Below are positions 37,557 to 47,033 of a DNA stretch of 64,000 nucleotides, in pieces. The stretch lies in the IMG/VR virus record IMGVR_UViG_3300035698_003924, positions 3,998 through 67,997 of that record. One strand, 5' to 3'. The stretch's first letter is position 1, and each line of letters opens with the position of its first letter. The translations under genes were made by a program, and so were the position numbers. The notes under the pieces were generated by a model. It made no database searches, was not told where the DNA came from, and saw only the letters and a program-made list of their open reading frames with translations. This stretch comes from a virus.

Positions 37557-37743
37557 AGGTAAGCAGCACTTGACCTCACAGAACTATGAAGGACTACGCT
37601 CATTGGTGCGTAACGGCGCAATAGGCTCACGGTCTGAGGGTTATATCCCTGATCCACCTACGGCCAAGCCTATAGTACGGCAACTTGTCATAGGGTCTTA
37701 TGGCCCGTCCGAGTGCGAAGGCACGAGCTGCATGAAAGGGTAG
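37543..37743 (+). CDS. Hypothetical protein
   Basis: In operon. Confidence 0.4.
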   Translation: MMVTRGKQHLTSQNYEGLRSLVRNGAIGSRSEGYIPDPPTAKPIVRQLVIGSYGPSECEGTSCMKG

Positions 37744-37747
37744 GAAC

Positions 37748-38023
37748 ATGGCGCTTGAACGATTCGTAGAGGCCGCTGGTGCTGAGGTGTTTGGGCAACG
37801 CAACTTGCCGCGTGGTGGGCTGCGTATACAGCTTAGGCTGATGGGCGTGACCCGTGGTGTGACGGGTACGACCACGGATAACCTCGCCAGTAATGTGGCG
37901 CTAGCATGTCTGGACATACTCGGACGTATAGGTAACGATGGCAACGATAGCCGGTGGCCCGCTGCCTCGGAAGCAATGGATAAGATTCGCGCAATCTTGG
38001 ATAAGGAAGGAGCGTTAGCATAA
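37748..38023 (+). CDS. Hypothetical protein
   Basis: In operon, RBS. Confidence 0.5.
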   Translation: MALERFVEAAGAEVFGQRNLPRGGLRIQLRLMGVTRGVTGTTTDNLASNVALACLDILGRIGNDGNDSRWPAASEAMDKIRAILDKEGALA

Positions 38024-38415
38024 TGGGTATCAAGTATGTCTCGGAGTCCGAGTGCCCGAAGTGTGACCTGTGTAAGGTGAACCCCGCTGCGTTCGATGCC
38101 CCGATGGGGGTGGGTATGCCGTGGGCATACCAGTGCATGGACTGTGCATCACCTGAGGTGGCTAGGTATGCAGACAAGGGTGGCACGGTGTACAAAATCC
38201 GTGAGCCGGTAGCGCCGAAGGCTGACAGTACGGCGGTGCAGGGCATCGAGCCTGCATACACTGACGTGGACTACTGGGCGGGTGCGTTCGATGGTGATCG
38301 ACACATCGAGTGCCCGTCGTGTGGCGAGGAACGCTCCGTTGAACCAGATGCTGACTATAAGTATACGTGTGAAGGCTGTGGAACCAGGGTCCAGGTACCC
38401 GCGCCGATTTGCTAG
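38023..38415 (+). CDS. Zinc-ribbon hypothetical protein
   Basis: Four CxxC pairs. Confidence 0.6.
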   Translation: MGIKYVSESECPKCDLCKVNPAAFDAPMGVGMPWAYQCMDCASPEVARYADKGGTVYKIREPVAPKADSTAVQGIEPAYTDVDYWAGAFDGDRHIECPSCGEERSVEPDADYKYTCEGCGTRVQVPAPIC

Positions 38416-38432
38416 TATAGGAGAGCAAGAAT

Positions 38433-38630
38433 ATGGCGAAGTGCAAACATTGCGGCGTAGACTATGAAGTTTGTTTCGGCTGTAGACAGACGTTCCTGGA
38501 CACCGACATGGCCGGTAGGCTGTGTTATGAGTGTGCGGAGAAACCAGATGCCAAGGACGTGGCACCCAGTGCCGGCTTCGTGCCACTGTCTGAAGTGGCT
38601 TGTCCCGCGTGTAACAGAAAGGCTGGATGA
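38433..38630 (+). CDS. Zinc-finger hypothetical protein
   Basis: Four CxxC; GGAG RBS. Confidence 0.5.
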   Translation: MAKCKHCGVDYEVCFGCRQTFLDTDMAGRLCYECAEKPDAKDVAPSAGFVPLSEVACPACNRKAG

Positions 38631-39190
38631 TTATGAGAATCTATGCATGTCGTGATGACAGTGGCAAGAAGCGCGTGTTCAAGGGTAGGGTGCGTAAGCG
38701 CGGTGGTCGTTGGGAGATGGACACCAATGGCTGTTCGCTATCAGTTTTCAATGTGCCCGACGACATCTGGGCAAATGTGCCGCCCGGCAGAAGTCTCGAG
38801 TGTCTGTTGCCCGAAGCTGTAGTGGCCCACGGTAAGCCGAAGCCCGGTGATGTCGTGGTATACGACGGTAAGTTTGCGATCTTTTGTTGCATGGTACCCG
38901 ATAGCCTGGATGCCTCTATCCTACTGCTGGATTGCGGCCACGAGTTCGTTGATGCCTTCAAGCTGACACTCTATGCCCGTCACGAATCAGCGAGGAGCCT
39001 AGAACCGCCGGAACCCGTGCCGGAGGCGTGTTGCTGGTGTCCGGGTGGCAAGACACCGGTATTGGTAGGAGACGGCGCGTATGCCGTTCATTGTCCCCGT
39101 TGCAAGAGTCACGGTCCCCGTCGCCAGTCCAAAGAGGAAGCCGTGTTGCACTGGGACATCCAGAATAGTAGTGGTGACTCTCATGAGTGA
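38627..39190 (+). CDS. Protein with C-terminal Lar (restriction alleviation)-like zinc finger
   Basis: CCWC...YAVHCPRCKSHGP...EEAVLHW. Confidence 0.55.
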   Translation: MIMRIYACRDDSGKKRVFKGRVRKRGGRWEMDTNGCSLSVFNVPDDIWANVPPGRSLECLLPEAVVAHGKPKPGDVVVYDGKFAIFCCMVPDSLDASILLLDCGHEFVDAFKLTLYARHESARSLEPPEPVPEACCWCPGGKTPVLVGDGAYAVHCPRCKSHGPRRQSKEEAVLHWDIQNSSGDSHE

Positions 39191-39392
39191 GAGCCCAATA
39201 CCGATGGAGAAGTGTACGAAGTGTGGCTGCACAGCTATGGCCGGGTACCTGGACCGTGGTCTGTGTAACTATTGTGCTAAAAAGAAGCAGGACGCATACC
39301 TTGACCGCTTCTGCCCGACTTGTGGGCAGGAGTACGAGGACTGTGACGACGGTAACGATACCGGGTACCTGGACTGTGTGCCCGAATACTGA
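39183..39392 (+). CDS. Zinc-finger hypothetical protein
   Basis: CTKC, CNYC, CPTC. Confidence 0.45.
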   Translation: MSESPIPMEKCTKCGCTAMAGYLDRGLCNYCAKKKQDAYLDRFCPTCGQEYEDCDDGNDTGYLDCVPEY

Positions 39393-39412
39393 AGAAGAAA
39401 GGTTAGGTTATT

Positions 39413-39976
39413 ATGAGTGACGATTACGGCTACGCTGTAGAGGATAAGTTGGCTGAGCTGGGGCGACACATTACGGACGCCAAAGCGGCTGACGAAGGCA
39501 TCAAACAGGTTCTGAAAATCGCTGAGGATACACTGGAAGGCTACGGTATCAAGACGAAGAGGGAGTTCACGATACCTGAGGCCAATGGCCTGTACGTGGA
39601 CGTCCGCTGCGGGATACGGCGTACCTGTGCGTTCAGCGTACGTATCTGGAACATCGTGGATATGAACACGATCAAGAAGTTCTTGACCCGGCTACTGACA
39701 CAGGGCTACCACCTCTCCTGCCATGATGACTACCCCAATTCCGGTAGTCGGGTGTACACCTACTGGTATTGCCCGGACGGCGGGAATCGTTTCGACTATG
39801 ACAAAGGTGCCTATAGCTTCACAGTCGAGGCGTTCTTGGATGCTACAAATAAGATCTGCTCGTACGTCAAGGTCGGGGAACAAATGCAGCCCATCATGGA
39901 GCTGCAATGTGGGGGTACCAACGTGCCTGAGTTGGGTGAGGCGTTTGTTGCTCCAGATACGGGAGACGAGGTATGA
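39413..39976 (+). CDS. Hypothetical protein
   Basis: 187 aa in operon. Confidence 0.55.
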   Translation: MSDDYGYAVEDKLAELGRHITDAKAADEGIKQVLKIAEDTLEGYGIKTKREFTIPEANGLYVDVRCGIRRTCAFSVRIWNIVDMNTIKKFLTRLLTQGYHLSCHDDYPNSGSRVYTYWYCPDGGNRFDYDKGAYSFTVEAFLDATNKICSYVKVGEQMQPIMELQCGGTNVPELGEAFVAPDTGDEV

Positions 39977-40248
39977 GTGACGATGAGAAGGCAGCCGTGC
40001 CACCGAAACTCAATGAGCTAGCGGAGGCTGAGGCTGAGGCTGAGGCCGTGCGTAAAGCCAAGAGCCGCGTGGTTCATGGCCTCGCAGCCAGAGCCATGCA
40101 GGGTCTGTTAGCTGGTGGCTACTGTACCGTTGTGACCGGTGAGATGCGGCGGATCGACATACGTCAGCTGCGTATCGTTGCGTATGAGGTCGCGAATGAG
40201 ATGATGGTTCCCATACTCGAGGAGGCACCTGATGGGCTACAACGATAA
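39973..40248 (+). CDS. Hypothetical phage protein
   Basis: AARAMQGLLA...AYEVANEM motif common in phage small proteins. Confidence 0.6.
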   Translation: MSDDEKAAVPPKLNELAEAEAEAEAVRKAKSRVVHGLAARAMQGLLAGGYCTVVTGEMRRIDIRQLRIVAYEVANEMMVPILEEAPDGLQR

Positions 40249-40687
40249 GTGTGTAGACATATCGGCGCTGTTAGGCGTGACGTTGGTACGTTGCGAGCGT
40301 TGTACCACCCGCAGCCCCTATAGATGGGGCGATGACACCATCGTCTTCGAGGCCACGGATGGTCGCAAGTGGATCATGCTGCATAAGTACGATTGCTGTG
40401 AATCCGTGACCATCGAGGACATCTGCGGTGACCTATCTGATCTGGTTGGCACCCCGTTGCTTATGGCTGAGGAGGTTAGCAACGAGAAGGAGCCGGCGCC
40501 ACTGGATGCGGGTAACGACGCGTCATACACATGGACGTTCTACAAGTTGGCTGCAATGGCCGGCGCTGTCACGATACGGTGGTACGGTACCAGTAACGGG
40601 TACTACTCGGAAGGTGTGAGTGTCTTGGAGTTCGAGGCCGGTGATACCATAGTGGAGGAGAAATACTGTAACGCGTGGGTAGGTTAA
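40232..40687 (+). CDS. Conserved phage hypothetical protein
   Basis: HKYDCCESV.IEDICGDL, TWTFYKL, RWYGTSNGYYSE. Confidence 0.7.
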   Translation: MGYNDKCVDISALLGVTLVRCERCTTRSPYRWGDDTIVFEATDGRKWIMLHKYDCCESVTIEDICGDLSDLVGTPLLMAEEVSNEKEPAPLDAGNDASYTWTFYKLAAMAGAVTIRWYGTSNGYYSEGVSVLEFEAGDTIVEEKYCNAWVG

Positions 40688-40712
40688 TCGAACCAGAATA
40701 GGAGAGACGCAG

Positions 40713-40994
40713 ATGAAATGGTTGAATGGACTACGTGTCGTACGTTGGATCAGTAACCCGTCCGCGGGCAACATCGGTAAGCTGGTGGGCTTCATCTTGG
40801 GTACCGTGGCCAACCCGCAGACGTTCGTCGTGGCTCTGATCACAGATCTGGTCTTGATGGTGGACGGTGATGACGCTGACGTCATCAAGCAGGTCGCGGC
40901 CAATGTATTGGTGCGCAGGCATAAGGGTGAGGGTAACGGCGGTAACGACTACATCAAGGCTCGCCTCGGCTCGCTGCTTGATGCCCTGAAGTAG
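40713..40994 (+). CDS. Hypothetical protein
   Basis: AGGAG RBS. Confidence 0.5.
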   Translation: MKWLNGLRVVRWISNPSAGNIGKLVGFILGTVANPQTFVVALITDLVLMVDGDDADVIKQVAANVLVRRHKGEGNGGNDYIKARLGSLLDALK

Positions 40995-41002
40995 GGTAGC
41001 CC

Positions 41003-41037
41003 GGCCTCTGGTCGCCTGTTGCTTGTGGCCAGAGGCC
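41003..41037 (+). other. Intergenic RNA hairpin with 9-nt loop CUGUUGCUU
   Basis: 13-bp stem with G-U pairs; sister hairpin at 44926. Confidence 0.6.
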
Positions 41038-41055
41038 CGTTACAAGGAGACGGTC

Positions 41056-41244
41056 ATGTTGATTATGCAAATCGTCGGGCTGTTAGTAGGCTGCAACGCG
41101 TGTATCGCTGGTGCCGCGTGGCTAGCGAACGTGAACTACCGCGATAATCCCAGATGGGTAGAGTATGCCGCCATAGCGGGGTGCCATACCTTTCTCACCG
41201 TTGCCCTGTTGTGCATGGCTGTACTCGTTAGGCTGGTGACATGA
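41056..41244 (+). CDS. Small two-TM membrane protein
   Basis: AAGGAG RBS, hydrophobic. Confidence 0.55.
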   Translation: MLIMQIVGLLVGCNACIAGAAWLANVNYRDNPRWVEYAAIAGCHTFLTVALLCMAVLVRLVT

Positions 41245-41669
41245 AATACTGTGCAGACTGTAAGTACCGGACGCTGGCTTACTACACAACAGAGACCGGG
41301 CCGTGGTGGTGGTATTGGTTCAAGTACAACTTCGGGCGCTCGCCTAACTGCAAGTGTCCCGCGGTACTGCTGCCCGAGACCATCAATGACGTGACGGGTG
41401 AGCCCACACGACGGGAGTACCCTTGTTGTGGGAACGCTCGCACAAAGTACAGTAACGAGGAGGAACTGAAGCAGTCCACCTGTGAGGAGGGCGCGTATCA
41501 TGTGCCCGTGGATACGGGTGACGGTGGGAGGCAAGGTGTACCCCGTTGGGTGCTGCTGGCTAACGTGGCTGTTACTGGTGGTACTTGTATCATGCTGCCT
41601 TGGTATCTCGGTATCCCGTGGCTTGTGGCAGACCTGTTTGTGATTACCAAAATCTATAAGGAGGCATAA
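41241..41669 (+). CDS. Hypothetical protein with C-terminal hydrophobic segments
   Basis: ATGA coupling. Confidence 0.5.
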   Translation: MKYCADCKYRTLAYYTTETGPWWWYWFKYNFGRSPNCKCPAVLLPETINDVTGEPTRREYPCCGNARTKYSNEEELKQSTCEEGAYHVPVDTGDGGRQGVPRWVLLANVAVTGGTCIMLPWYLGIPWLVADLFVITKIYKEA

Positions 41670-41670
41670 C

Positions 41671-42195
41671 ATGCTAGCTACAGTATGGTTGCTGCGACGT
41701 ATGGAGGGCGGGCACGAGGTCCGTAGGATCTGCGTCACTGAACCCAAATGGGGGTCCCGGTGCCGCGTATGGAACGTGGGTAACTGCGAGTTCATGGATA
41801 ATAGGCTGGTGCCCGATGCACAGTGGGAACAGCTGAAATTCAATAAGCTGGCTGAGTGTAGTGTACTCATGCACTGGTCCGACAACGCACGGTATGTGAT
41901 GCGGAAAATCGCAGAGCGTGGTGGTGTGGCTGAATGCCACGGTGCAAGCGGCGCCAAGTACGGCGACATACGGCTAGTGTTCAAGCCGGTGCTGGCCAAC
42001 TGTCAACACTGTGGTGTCGGGCTGCCGGAACTTCGAAGCCCGGAGCCCGTGGCGGGGCCGCTGGATGGCAAACTGGCGCAGGTGAATCACTGGTATGTGG
42101 TTTGCGAGACACTAGGATGTGGTCAGCATGGCCCCATCCGTGACACTAAGAATCAGGCCGCCAGAGCCTGGGCGAAACAGAACGAGGGAGCGTGA
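41671..42195 (+). CDS. Protein with C-terminal Lar-like zinc finger
   Basis: CQHC...WYVVC...CGQHGP...AARAW. Confidence 0.55.
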   Translation: MLATVWLLRRMEGGHEVRRICVTEPKWGSRCRVWNVGNCEFMDNRLVPDAQWEQLKFNKLAECSVLMHWSDNARYVMRKIAERGGVAECHGASGAKYGDIRLVFKPVLANCQHCGVGLPELRSPEPVAGPLDGKLAQVNHWYVVCETLGCGQHGPIRDTKNQAARAWAKQNEGA

Positions 42196-42713
42196 TGATT
42201 AAGACACTATGGTTGTGCAAGACTCGAGGGGCTATACACTATGTATTGGAGCAAGATCCCGGTGAGCTGGATGGTTGTGACTTCCGCGCCCATGCTAAGC
42301 TGGCCAGCCGTCTGATACCGGACAGCGTGTGGGATAGCATGGAGCCGCACAGCAAACGCATGTACCAGATCCTGGTGCCAGAGAGCGCGGCTGAGGCGGA
42401 CCTGATAACGGCGCTGACTAACGGTCACATCGTGCAGATACAGACGGATAGGGGTCGCGGTGAGGAGGATCGTATACTGGTACAGCTGGAACTACAGCGA
42501 CATGCCCCGGTGCCTGTTGCCTGTGAGTACTGCGCTGGCCGCGACCTACCTGACCGTACTGAGATAGCGGTATACGGTGGAGGCTACGCCGTGGAGTGTC
42601 GCCGATGTAAGCAATGTGGGCCAGCTAAAGCTGCCAAGAAGTATGGCATCGCGGCCTGGAATACGCAACAAGCGGCTATTGATTTTCTGAAACAGAATAG
42701 AGAGGACGTCTGA
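42192..42713 (+). CDS. Protein with C-terminal Lar-like zinc finger
   Basis: CEYC...YAVECRRCKQCGP...IAAWN. Confidence 0.6.
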   Translation: MMIKTLWLCKTRGAIHYVLEQDPGELDGCDFRAHAKLASRLIPDSVWDSMEPHSKRMYQILVPESAAEADLITALTNGHIVQIQTDRGRGEEDRILVQLELQRHAPVPVACEYCAGRDLPDRTEIAVYGGGYAVECRRCKQCGPAKAAKKYGIAAWNTQQAAIDFLKQNREDV

Positions 42714-42896
42714 TATGAGCATCGGCTACACCGAGACCAACACGCTTGTAGCAACGTGCGCCACTAATAGCTACGTTAACCTAGTTGTTATCATCAAGCG
42801 CATGTTGAAGGAGCAGTACACGATTGTGGAAATCCAAGAGACGGCTGGCACGACAACCGTTATTGGCGAGAAGTAGCACAATGAAAGGGTAACAGT

Positions 42897-43916
42897 ATGC
42901 GCACACCAAAATACTTGAGTCCGACGTCGCTGTCGAAGTTCTACGGTGACCGTACCGCGTTCTACTTGGACTACCTCGCGGAGAATAGGGTACCACGTAT
43001 GCCGCAGACCAAGCCGATGTCTATTGGCTCGGCGTTCGATGCCTATGTCAAGGCGTACCTGCACTCCAAGCTGTATGGTAAAGGGTACGACCCGGCGTTC
43101 GAGTTTGATGCGCTGTTTGAATCCCAGGTGGAGGCGCACAATAGGGACTGGGCGAGAGAACACGGGAAGTATGTGTTCACGTCGTACATCTTATCCGGTG
43201 CGTTAGCTGACCTGATGCTAGAGCTAGGGCGCGCGTTCGATGCACCCCGGTTCGAGTTCACCGTGGAGCACAGAGTCGGGCACTCGGCGGTGGCGGGTGG
43301 CGTACCTATCTTGGGTAAGCCTGATGTCTTTTTTAGGACGGAAGACGGTACCCCCGTTATCGTGGACTGGAAGGTCAACGGGTACTGTTCGAGGTCGGCG
43401 ACGTCGCCTAAGCCTGGATACATTATGATCCGGGATGGGTGGGGTGCTGATGTGGCGAAAGAATCCCGTGGCTGTGGACAGGCACACAAGGACTGTGTGC
43501 TCGGGTCGCATGAAGGGCTGTCGTATAATACGGCAGGTTGTCTGAGTATGGTTGATAGAACCTGGGCTGCACAGTGTACCATGTATGGGTGGTCACTCGG
43601 CGCGGCGCATGGCGAGGACATCCTTGCCGGTATCGACCAGCTGGTGTCGAAGCCGCGGGCCAGTGAGCTGCCACTGGTACGTGTAGCACGGCACCGGACG
43701 CTTGTTAGTAAGGCGTGGCAAGACGAGTTGTTGGAACGGATAGTGTGGGCCTGGAAGTGTATTGAATCCGGATACATCTTCGACGAGCTGACTAGGGCCG
43801 AGTCCGACGACCGGTGTGGGATTCTGGATGACTACTATAAGGTGTACGAAGGTACGACACCGGCGGACAAATGGATACAGGGTGTGATGCAGCGAGGCGC
43901 ACCGTATCGTGGCTAA
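42897..43916 (+). CDS. PD-(D/E)XK exonuclease (RecB/Cas4-like fold)
   Basis: YLSPTSL, GSAFD, GKPD, IVDWK, Q..MY. Confidence 0.8.
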   Translation: MRTPKYLSPTSLSKFYGDRTAFYLDYLAENRVPRMPQTKPMSIGSAFDAYVKAYLHSKLYGKGYDPAFEFDALFESQVEAHNRDWAREHGKYVFTSYILSGALADLMLELGRAFDAPRFEFTVEHRVGHSAVAGGVPILGKPDVFFRTEDGTPVIVDWKVNGYCSRSATSPKPGYIMIRDGWGADVAKESRGCGQAHKDCVLGSHEGLSYNTAGCLSMVDRTWAAQCTMYGWSLGAAHGEDILAGIDQLVSKPRASELPLVRVARHRTLVSKAWQDELLERIVWAWKCIESGYIFDELTRAESDDRCGILDDYYKVYEGTTPADKWIQGVMQRGAPYRG

Positions 43917-43928
43917 GGAGGCGGAAAT

Positions 43929-44150
43929 ATGTACGTGTATGTTTGGCAAGAAGTAGCAGAGTGTAGTGGCCATTACCATGCCTCGGGTGGCGTGGTCGTG
44001 TTTGCGAAATCACAGGCACGGGCTCGCGCATTGGCGAACAACGAGGCGGGCTGTAACATTGGCGTAAACGAGGAGCCTGATACCACGCGGAAGCTTGCAG
44101 GCGAGGGCAAAGAAGCCGTGTACATTATGCCCGATGCCGGGTGTTGCTGA
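43929..44150 (+). CDS. Hypothetical protein
   Basis: GGAGG RBS; ends PDAGCC. Confidence 0.55.
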   Translation: MYVYVWQEVAECSGHYHASGGVVVFAKSQARARALANNEAGCNIGVNEEPDTTRKLAGEGKEAVYIMPDAGCC

Positions 44151-44182
44151 GTCCGAGACACGGGCCTAGATAAGGACGTACT

Positions 44183-44914
44183 ATGACTGAGATGATTAAC
44201 GATACCATCACCGTAGGTGAACGTATCCTACGACCCGTTGTGATCGAGCAGGATGAGTTGAGCTTGACTACACCCCGGTACGGCAAGAAAGTCGGCGACG
44301 TAGCCTTCGAAGATTACAAGAATCAGGGGCAGAGTGTGGTGTTCCGTGCGATACGGTTAGCCAACTGCCGTGACCAGTATGTAGCCTTTGCGAACGACGT
44401 GCGTGGGCTGATCTGTTTCTGTGAGGTGGAGATACCCGCGGACTGGACGCATATGGTGGTGGATTCAGTGAAGTCCGGTGGCCGGTGTTGCGTGACGCAT
44501 CCGGTGTGCGGTGATACCTCGGAGCTACTGGGGTGTTTTGGTACGCCCGCGACCGAGGCGGAGTACCGCGCACGTATGTATCGAGAGGTAGCTGCCGGTA
44601 TGCCTGATGCGCTCCGAGCGATACCTACGGAGACACTGGTACAAGGACTTACCGGTGACAAGGCACGGTCGCTGTATTATGCTTGGCTGGATCGGGACGC
44701 GGAGACGGGAGCCAGTGGCTCGGTGCCCGTTAACCTGCTCGTCGCAGTCGAGGACGTGCTCGGCATGACGCGTGAGCTGATCAATACGGTGCAGCTGCTA
44801 CTTGTCATGGACGAGGTGCAGAACTGTGGTAAGGATGACGTGCTAACGGACGTACTCAAGTCCTTGGGTGACAGCTACGATGGCATCGTGGCCTTCACCA
44901 AGGAGATGATTTAG
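44183..44914 (+). CDS. Hypothetical protein
   Basis: 243 aa, AAGGA RBS. Confidence 0.6.
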   Translation: MTEMINDTITVGERILRPVVIEQDELSLTTPRYGKKVGDVAFEDYKNQGQSVVFRAIRLANCRDQYVAFANDVRGLICFCEVEIPADWTHMVVDSVKSGGRCCVTHPVCGDTSELLGCFGTPATEAEYRARMYREVAAGMPDALRAIPTETLVQGLTGDKARSLYYAWLDRDAETGASGSVPVNLLVAVEDVLGMTRELINTVQLLLVMDEVQNCGKDDVLTDVLKSLGDSYDGIVAFTKEMI

Positions 44915-44925
44915 TTAATCATGGT

Positions 44926-44966
44926 ACGGGAGGCCTGTCACCCGTAGCTTGTGGCGGGCCTCCCGT
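44926..44966 (+). other. Intergenic RNA hairpin with 9-nt loop CCGUAGCUU
   Basis: 16-bp stem with G-U pairs. Confidence 0.65.
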
Positions 44967-44988
44967 GTCCGGCCTGATAGGAGTGTAC

Positions 44989-45507
44989 ATGGATATACGG
45001 ACTTGCTACAAAGTAGCCTTTATACCTTGGGATACGGATGTGCGGATAGGCAGGAGTTGGGGTGCCGGGTGTGGGTTGGGCCTTGATGATGCGGCCGTGT
45101 GTGATTACAGGGTGGGCGTGACGACGTTGGCGCCAGCGGGGACACTACTATTTGTATATAAGACGGTGGTTGACGCAATGGAACTGGGTAGCTATGGCCG
45201 GTCACTGATATACCGGTGTATAGCGCCTTGGCTAACGCGAGCAGAGTACCAAGGCCCGCCCGACGTGGACGGACGGCGAGCCTTTTGGGCACTATATGAT
45301 GTGTCCCCGGAGCCTGGGCCCGGTACCCGAGGCCAGAGGCCCGTGGCTTGGGGGCCGGAGTTGATGCATAGAATCGATAGCGTGTGGGATGGGAGTGTGT
45401 ACTGGGTGCCCTCGGTGACGCCGATAAGCATTGAGTATGTAGCCAAGCACGGATTCACCACTACTGAACGGAAGGTGTTACGTGAACAGCAAGAGGAGGT
45501 CTCATGA
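44989..45507 (+). CDS. Hypothetical protein
   Basis: AGGAG RBS before ATG 44989. Confidence 0.5.
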   Translation: MDIRTCYKVAFIPWDTDVRIGRSWGAGCGLGLDDAAVCDYRVGVTTLAPAGTLLFVYKTVVDAMELGSYGRSLIYRCIAPWLTRAEYQGPPDVDGRRAFWALYDVSPEPGPGTRGQRPVAWGPELMHRIDSVWDGSVYWVPSVTPISIEYVAKHGFTTTERKVLREQQEEVS

Positions 45508-45794
45508 CTGAACCAACACGACGGCTATGTGTAAGCTGTGTGCGTAAGCATTTAGCACACGCTTCGGTGCTGCTGGGCGAGGCTTCGACGCCGGAGTATA
45601 TGGGCACACACTTGTGGCTAGCGATAGCGCATTTGGGTGAGGCGGTTAGCGAGTGTCCCTCGGCAGAGATACGTGATAGGATTGAGGGAATCAGGCGTGA
45701 GTACGTGACCTTCGGTACTGAGTACGTTGGCGGCACTTGGTACTATGATATCATGAAGATGATTGACTTGGTTGAAGCGGGAGATTTAGTATGA
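45504..45794 (+). CDS. Hypothetical protein
   Basis: CVSCVRKHL..HL.LAIAHL.EA motif. Confidence 0.55.
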   Translation: MTEPTRRLCVSCVRKHLAHASVLLGEASTPEYMGTHLWLAIAHLGEAVSECPSAEIRDRIEGIRREYVTFGTEYVGGTWYYDIMKMIDLVEAGDLV

Positions 45795-46192
45795 TTAACA
45801 TATCGTTGGACCGAGGACGTATGCTGATAGCTAACGCGGAGTTGGTGGTCCGGGGTAAGGCATGGGCCTTGGTGTATGCGGATGGGGATGCCACGGGGAA
45901 CGCGACGCTTATGTTACGTGTATCGCGGATTGGGGTGGGTATGGCGCAGGTGAACCGGCTGGTATGCCGAGTGCAACGGGAGACAGGCCTTACGCTACGG
46001 GCTTGGGCATACGATAGTAGCGGGGACAAGGTGGTACTGGGAACCGTGGGGAACTTACCTGGGAAGGTGTCGAGGTACGGATTCGAAGATGTACTACGCA
46101 CGGCCTTAGAGTATCCGGTTACAGTTAGTGGGGTGCTGGTACTACGGCCTGGGTCTGACGTGCAACACAACGGGATGGTGACTCCGGGGTGA
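45791..46192 (+). CDS. Hypothetical protein
   Basis: ATGA coupling; last gene of the rightward block. Confidence 0.45.
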   Translation: MINISLDRGRMLIANAELVVRGKAWALVYADGDATGNATLMLRVSRIGVGMAQVNRLVCRVQRETGLTLRAWAYDSSGDKVVLGTVGNLPGKVSRYGFEDVLRTALEYPVTVSGVLVLRPGSDVQHNGMVTPG

Positions 46193-46203
46193 CGGGCCAT
46201 TGG

Positions 46204-46245
46204 TATCGGGCATCGGGCATCGGGTATCGGGTATCGGGTATCGGG
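46204..46245. repeat. Tandem heptamer (YATCGGG)x6
   Basis: Read directly. Confidence 0.95.
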
Positions 46246-46613
46246 TATGCGATTTATACAATCATATACTGGTATGCCCGGTGCCTTGTAGCCAGAGGCC
46301 CGGTATGCCCGGTGCCTGTGACATGATTCACGAATGTGGGCGAAGGCTTATCTCGTGGCTGCGGGGTCGGTTTTTGTGCCCTAACGTCACACCACGGCGA
46401 TACACGATGCTCCACAGCGGCCTGAGAATGGGCACACGGAGAGATTAGCGGTGGCTTGCTGCCAGTGACCGACCTTGGCATAACGGCTTGAATTCCTATC
46501 TCTCTTATACATATATTATTATTATTCTCTCTCCATGTATAACATGTAGGTTCGGAGTCAGTCAGTGAGTAGGCATTTCGTCGAGAAACGTGAATCATAT
46601 TACACCTCAGATT

Positions 46614-46650
46614 CAGAGTATCTGGTTCAGATGCAGAGTATCTGGTTCAG
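46614..46650. repeat. Direct repeat cagagtatctggttcag x2 (20-bp period)
   Basis: Copies at 46614 and 46634. Confidence 0.9.
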
Positions 46651-46708
46651 GTTCAGCCATTTGCTGTAAGTTACGGGCTACCTCGATTCCATGAATCTGT
46701 GCAGACAC

Positions 46709-46753
46709 AAAAATAGCCTTGCTCGCCCCGTTGCCGGGATAAGCAAGGCTATT
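46709..46753 (-). terminator. Intrinsic terminator of the leftward module
   Basis: aatagccttgct/agcaaggctatt stem with T tract on the minus strand. Confidence 0.75.
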
Positions 46754-46817
46754 CGTGTCTCCGTATACGTTGTGGCATCAAGCAACGAGCAACGAGCAAC
46801 GAGAGGCCCGTTGCCCG

Positions 46818-47033
46818 TCACCATTCGCGCATCCTATCTAGTACCCGTTCGAGCAGTTCCAGGTGCAGTCGGGCGGGTTCCACTTGACCCTCACGTATTG
46901 CCCTCCGTAGGCTCGCCATTCCGGTGGCTGTATGCTCCCGTAGGTGCTTTGCCTTTGCGTCTGGCGTTGGAAGCACCGATTCACTACATATCGGACATCT
47001 GGTTCGCTGAATCAGAGTTTCCACTAGTACCAT
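46818..47033 (-). CDS. Small C2H2-like zinc-finger protein
   Basis: CPIC-x13-HLREH. Confidence 0.5.
   Translation of the reverse strand: MVLVETLIQRTRCPICSESVLPTPDAKAKHLREHTATGMASLRRAIREGQVEPARLHLELLERVLDRMREW

Noticed and set aside
42897-43916. Cas4 as part of a CRISPR system
   Set aside because: A stand-alone PD-(D/E)XK nuclease, common in phages; no array or other cas genes
46200-46448. 82-aa ORF with GIGHRVSGIGYRV repeats
   Set aside because: It is a translation of the heptamer DNA repeat and has no convincing RBS
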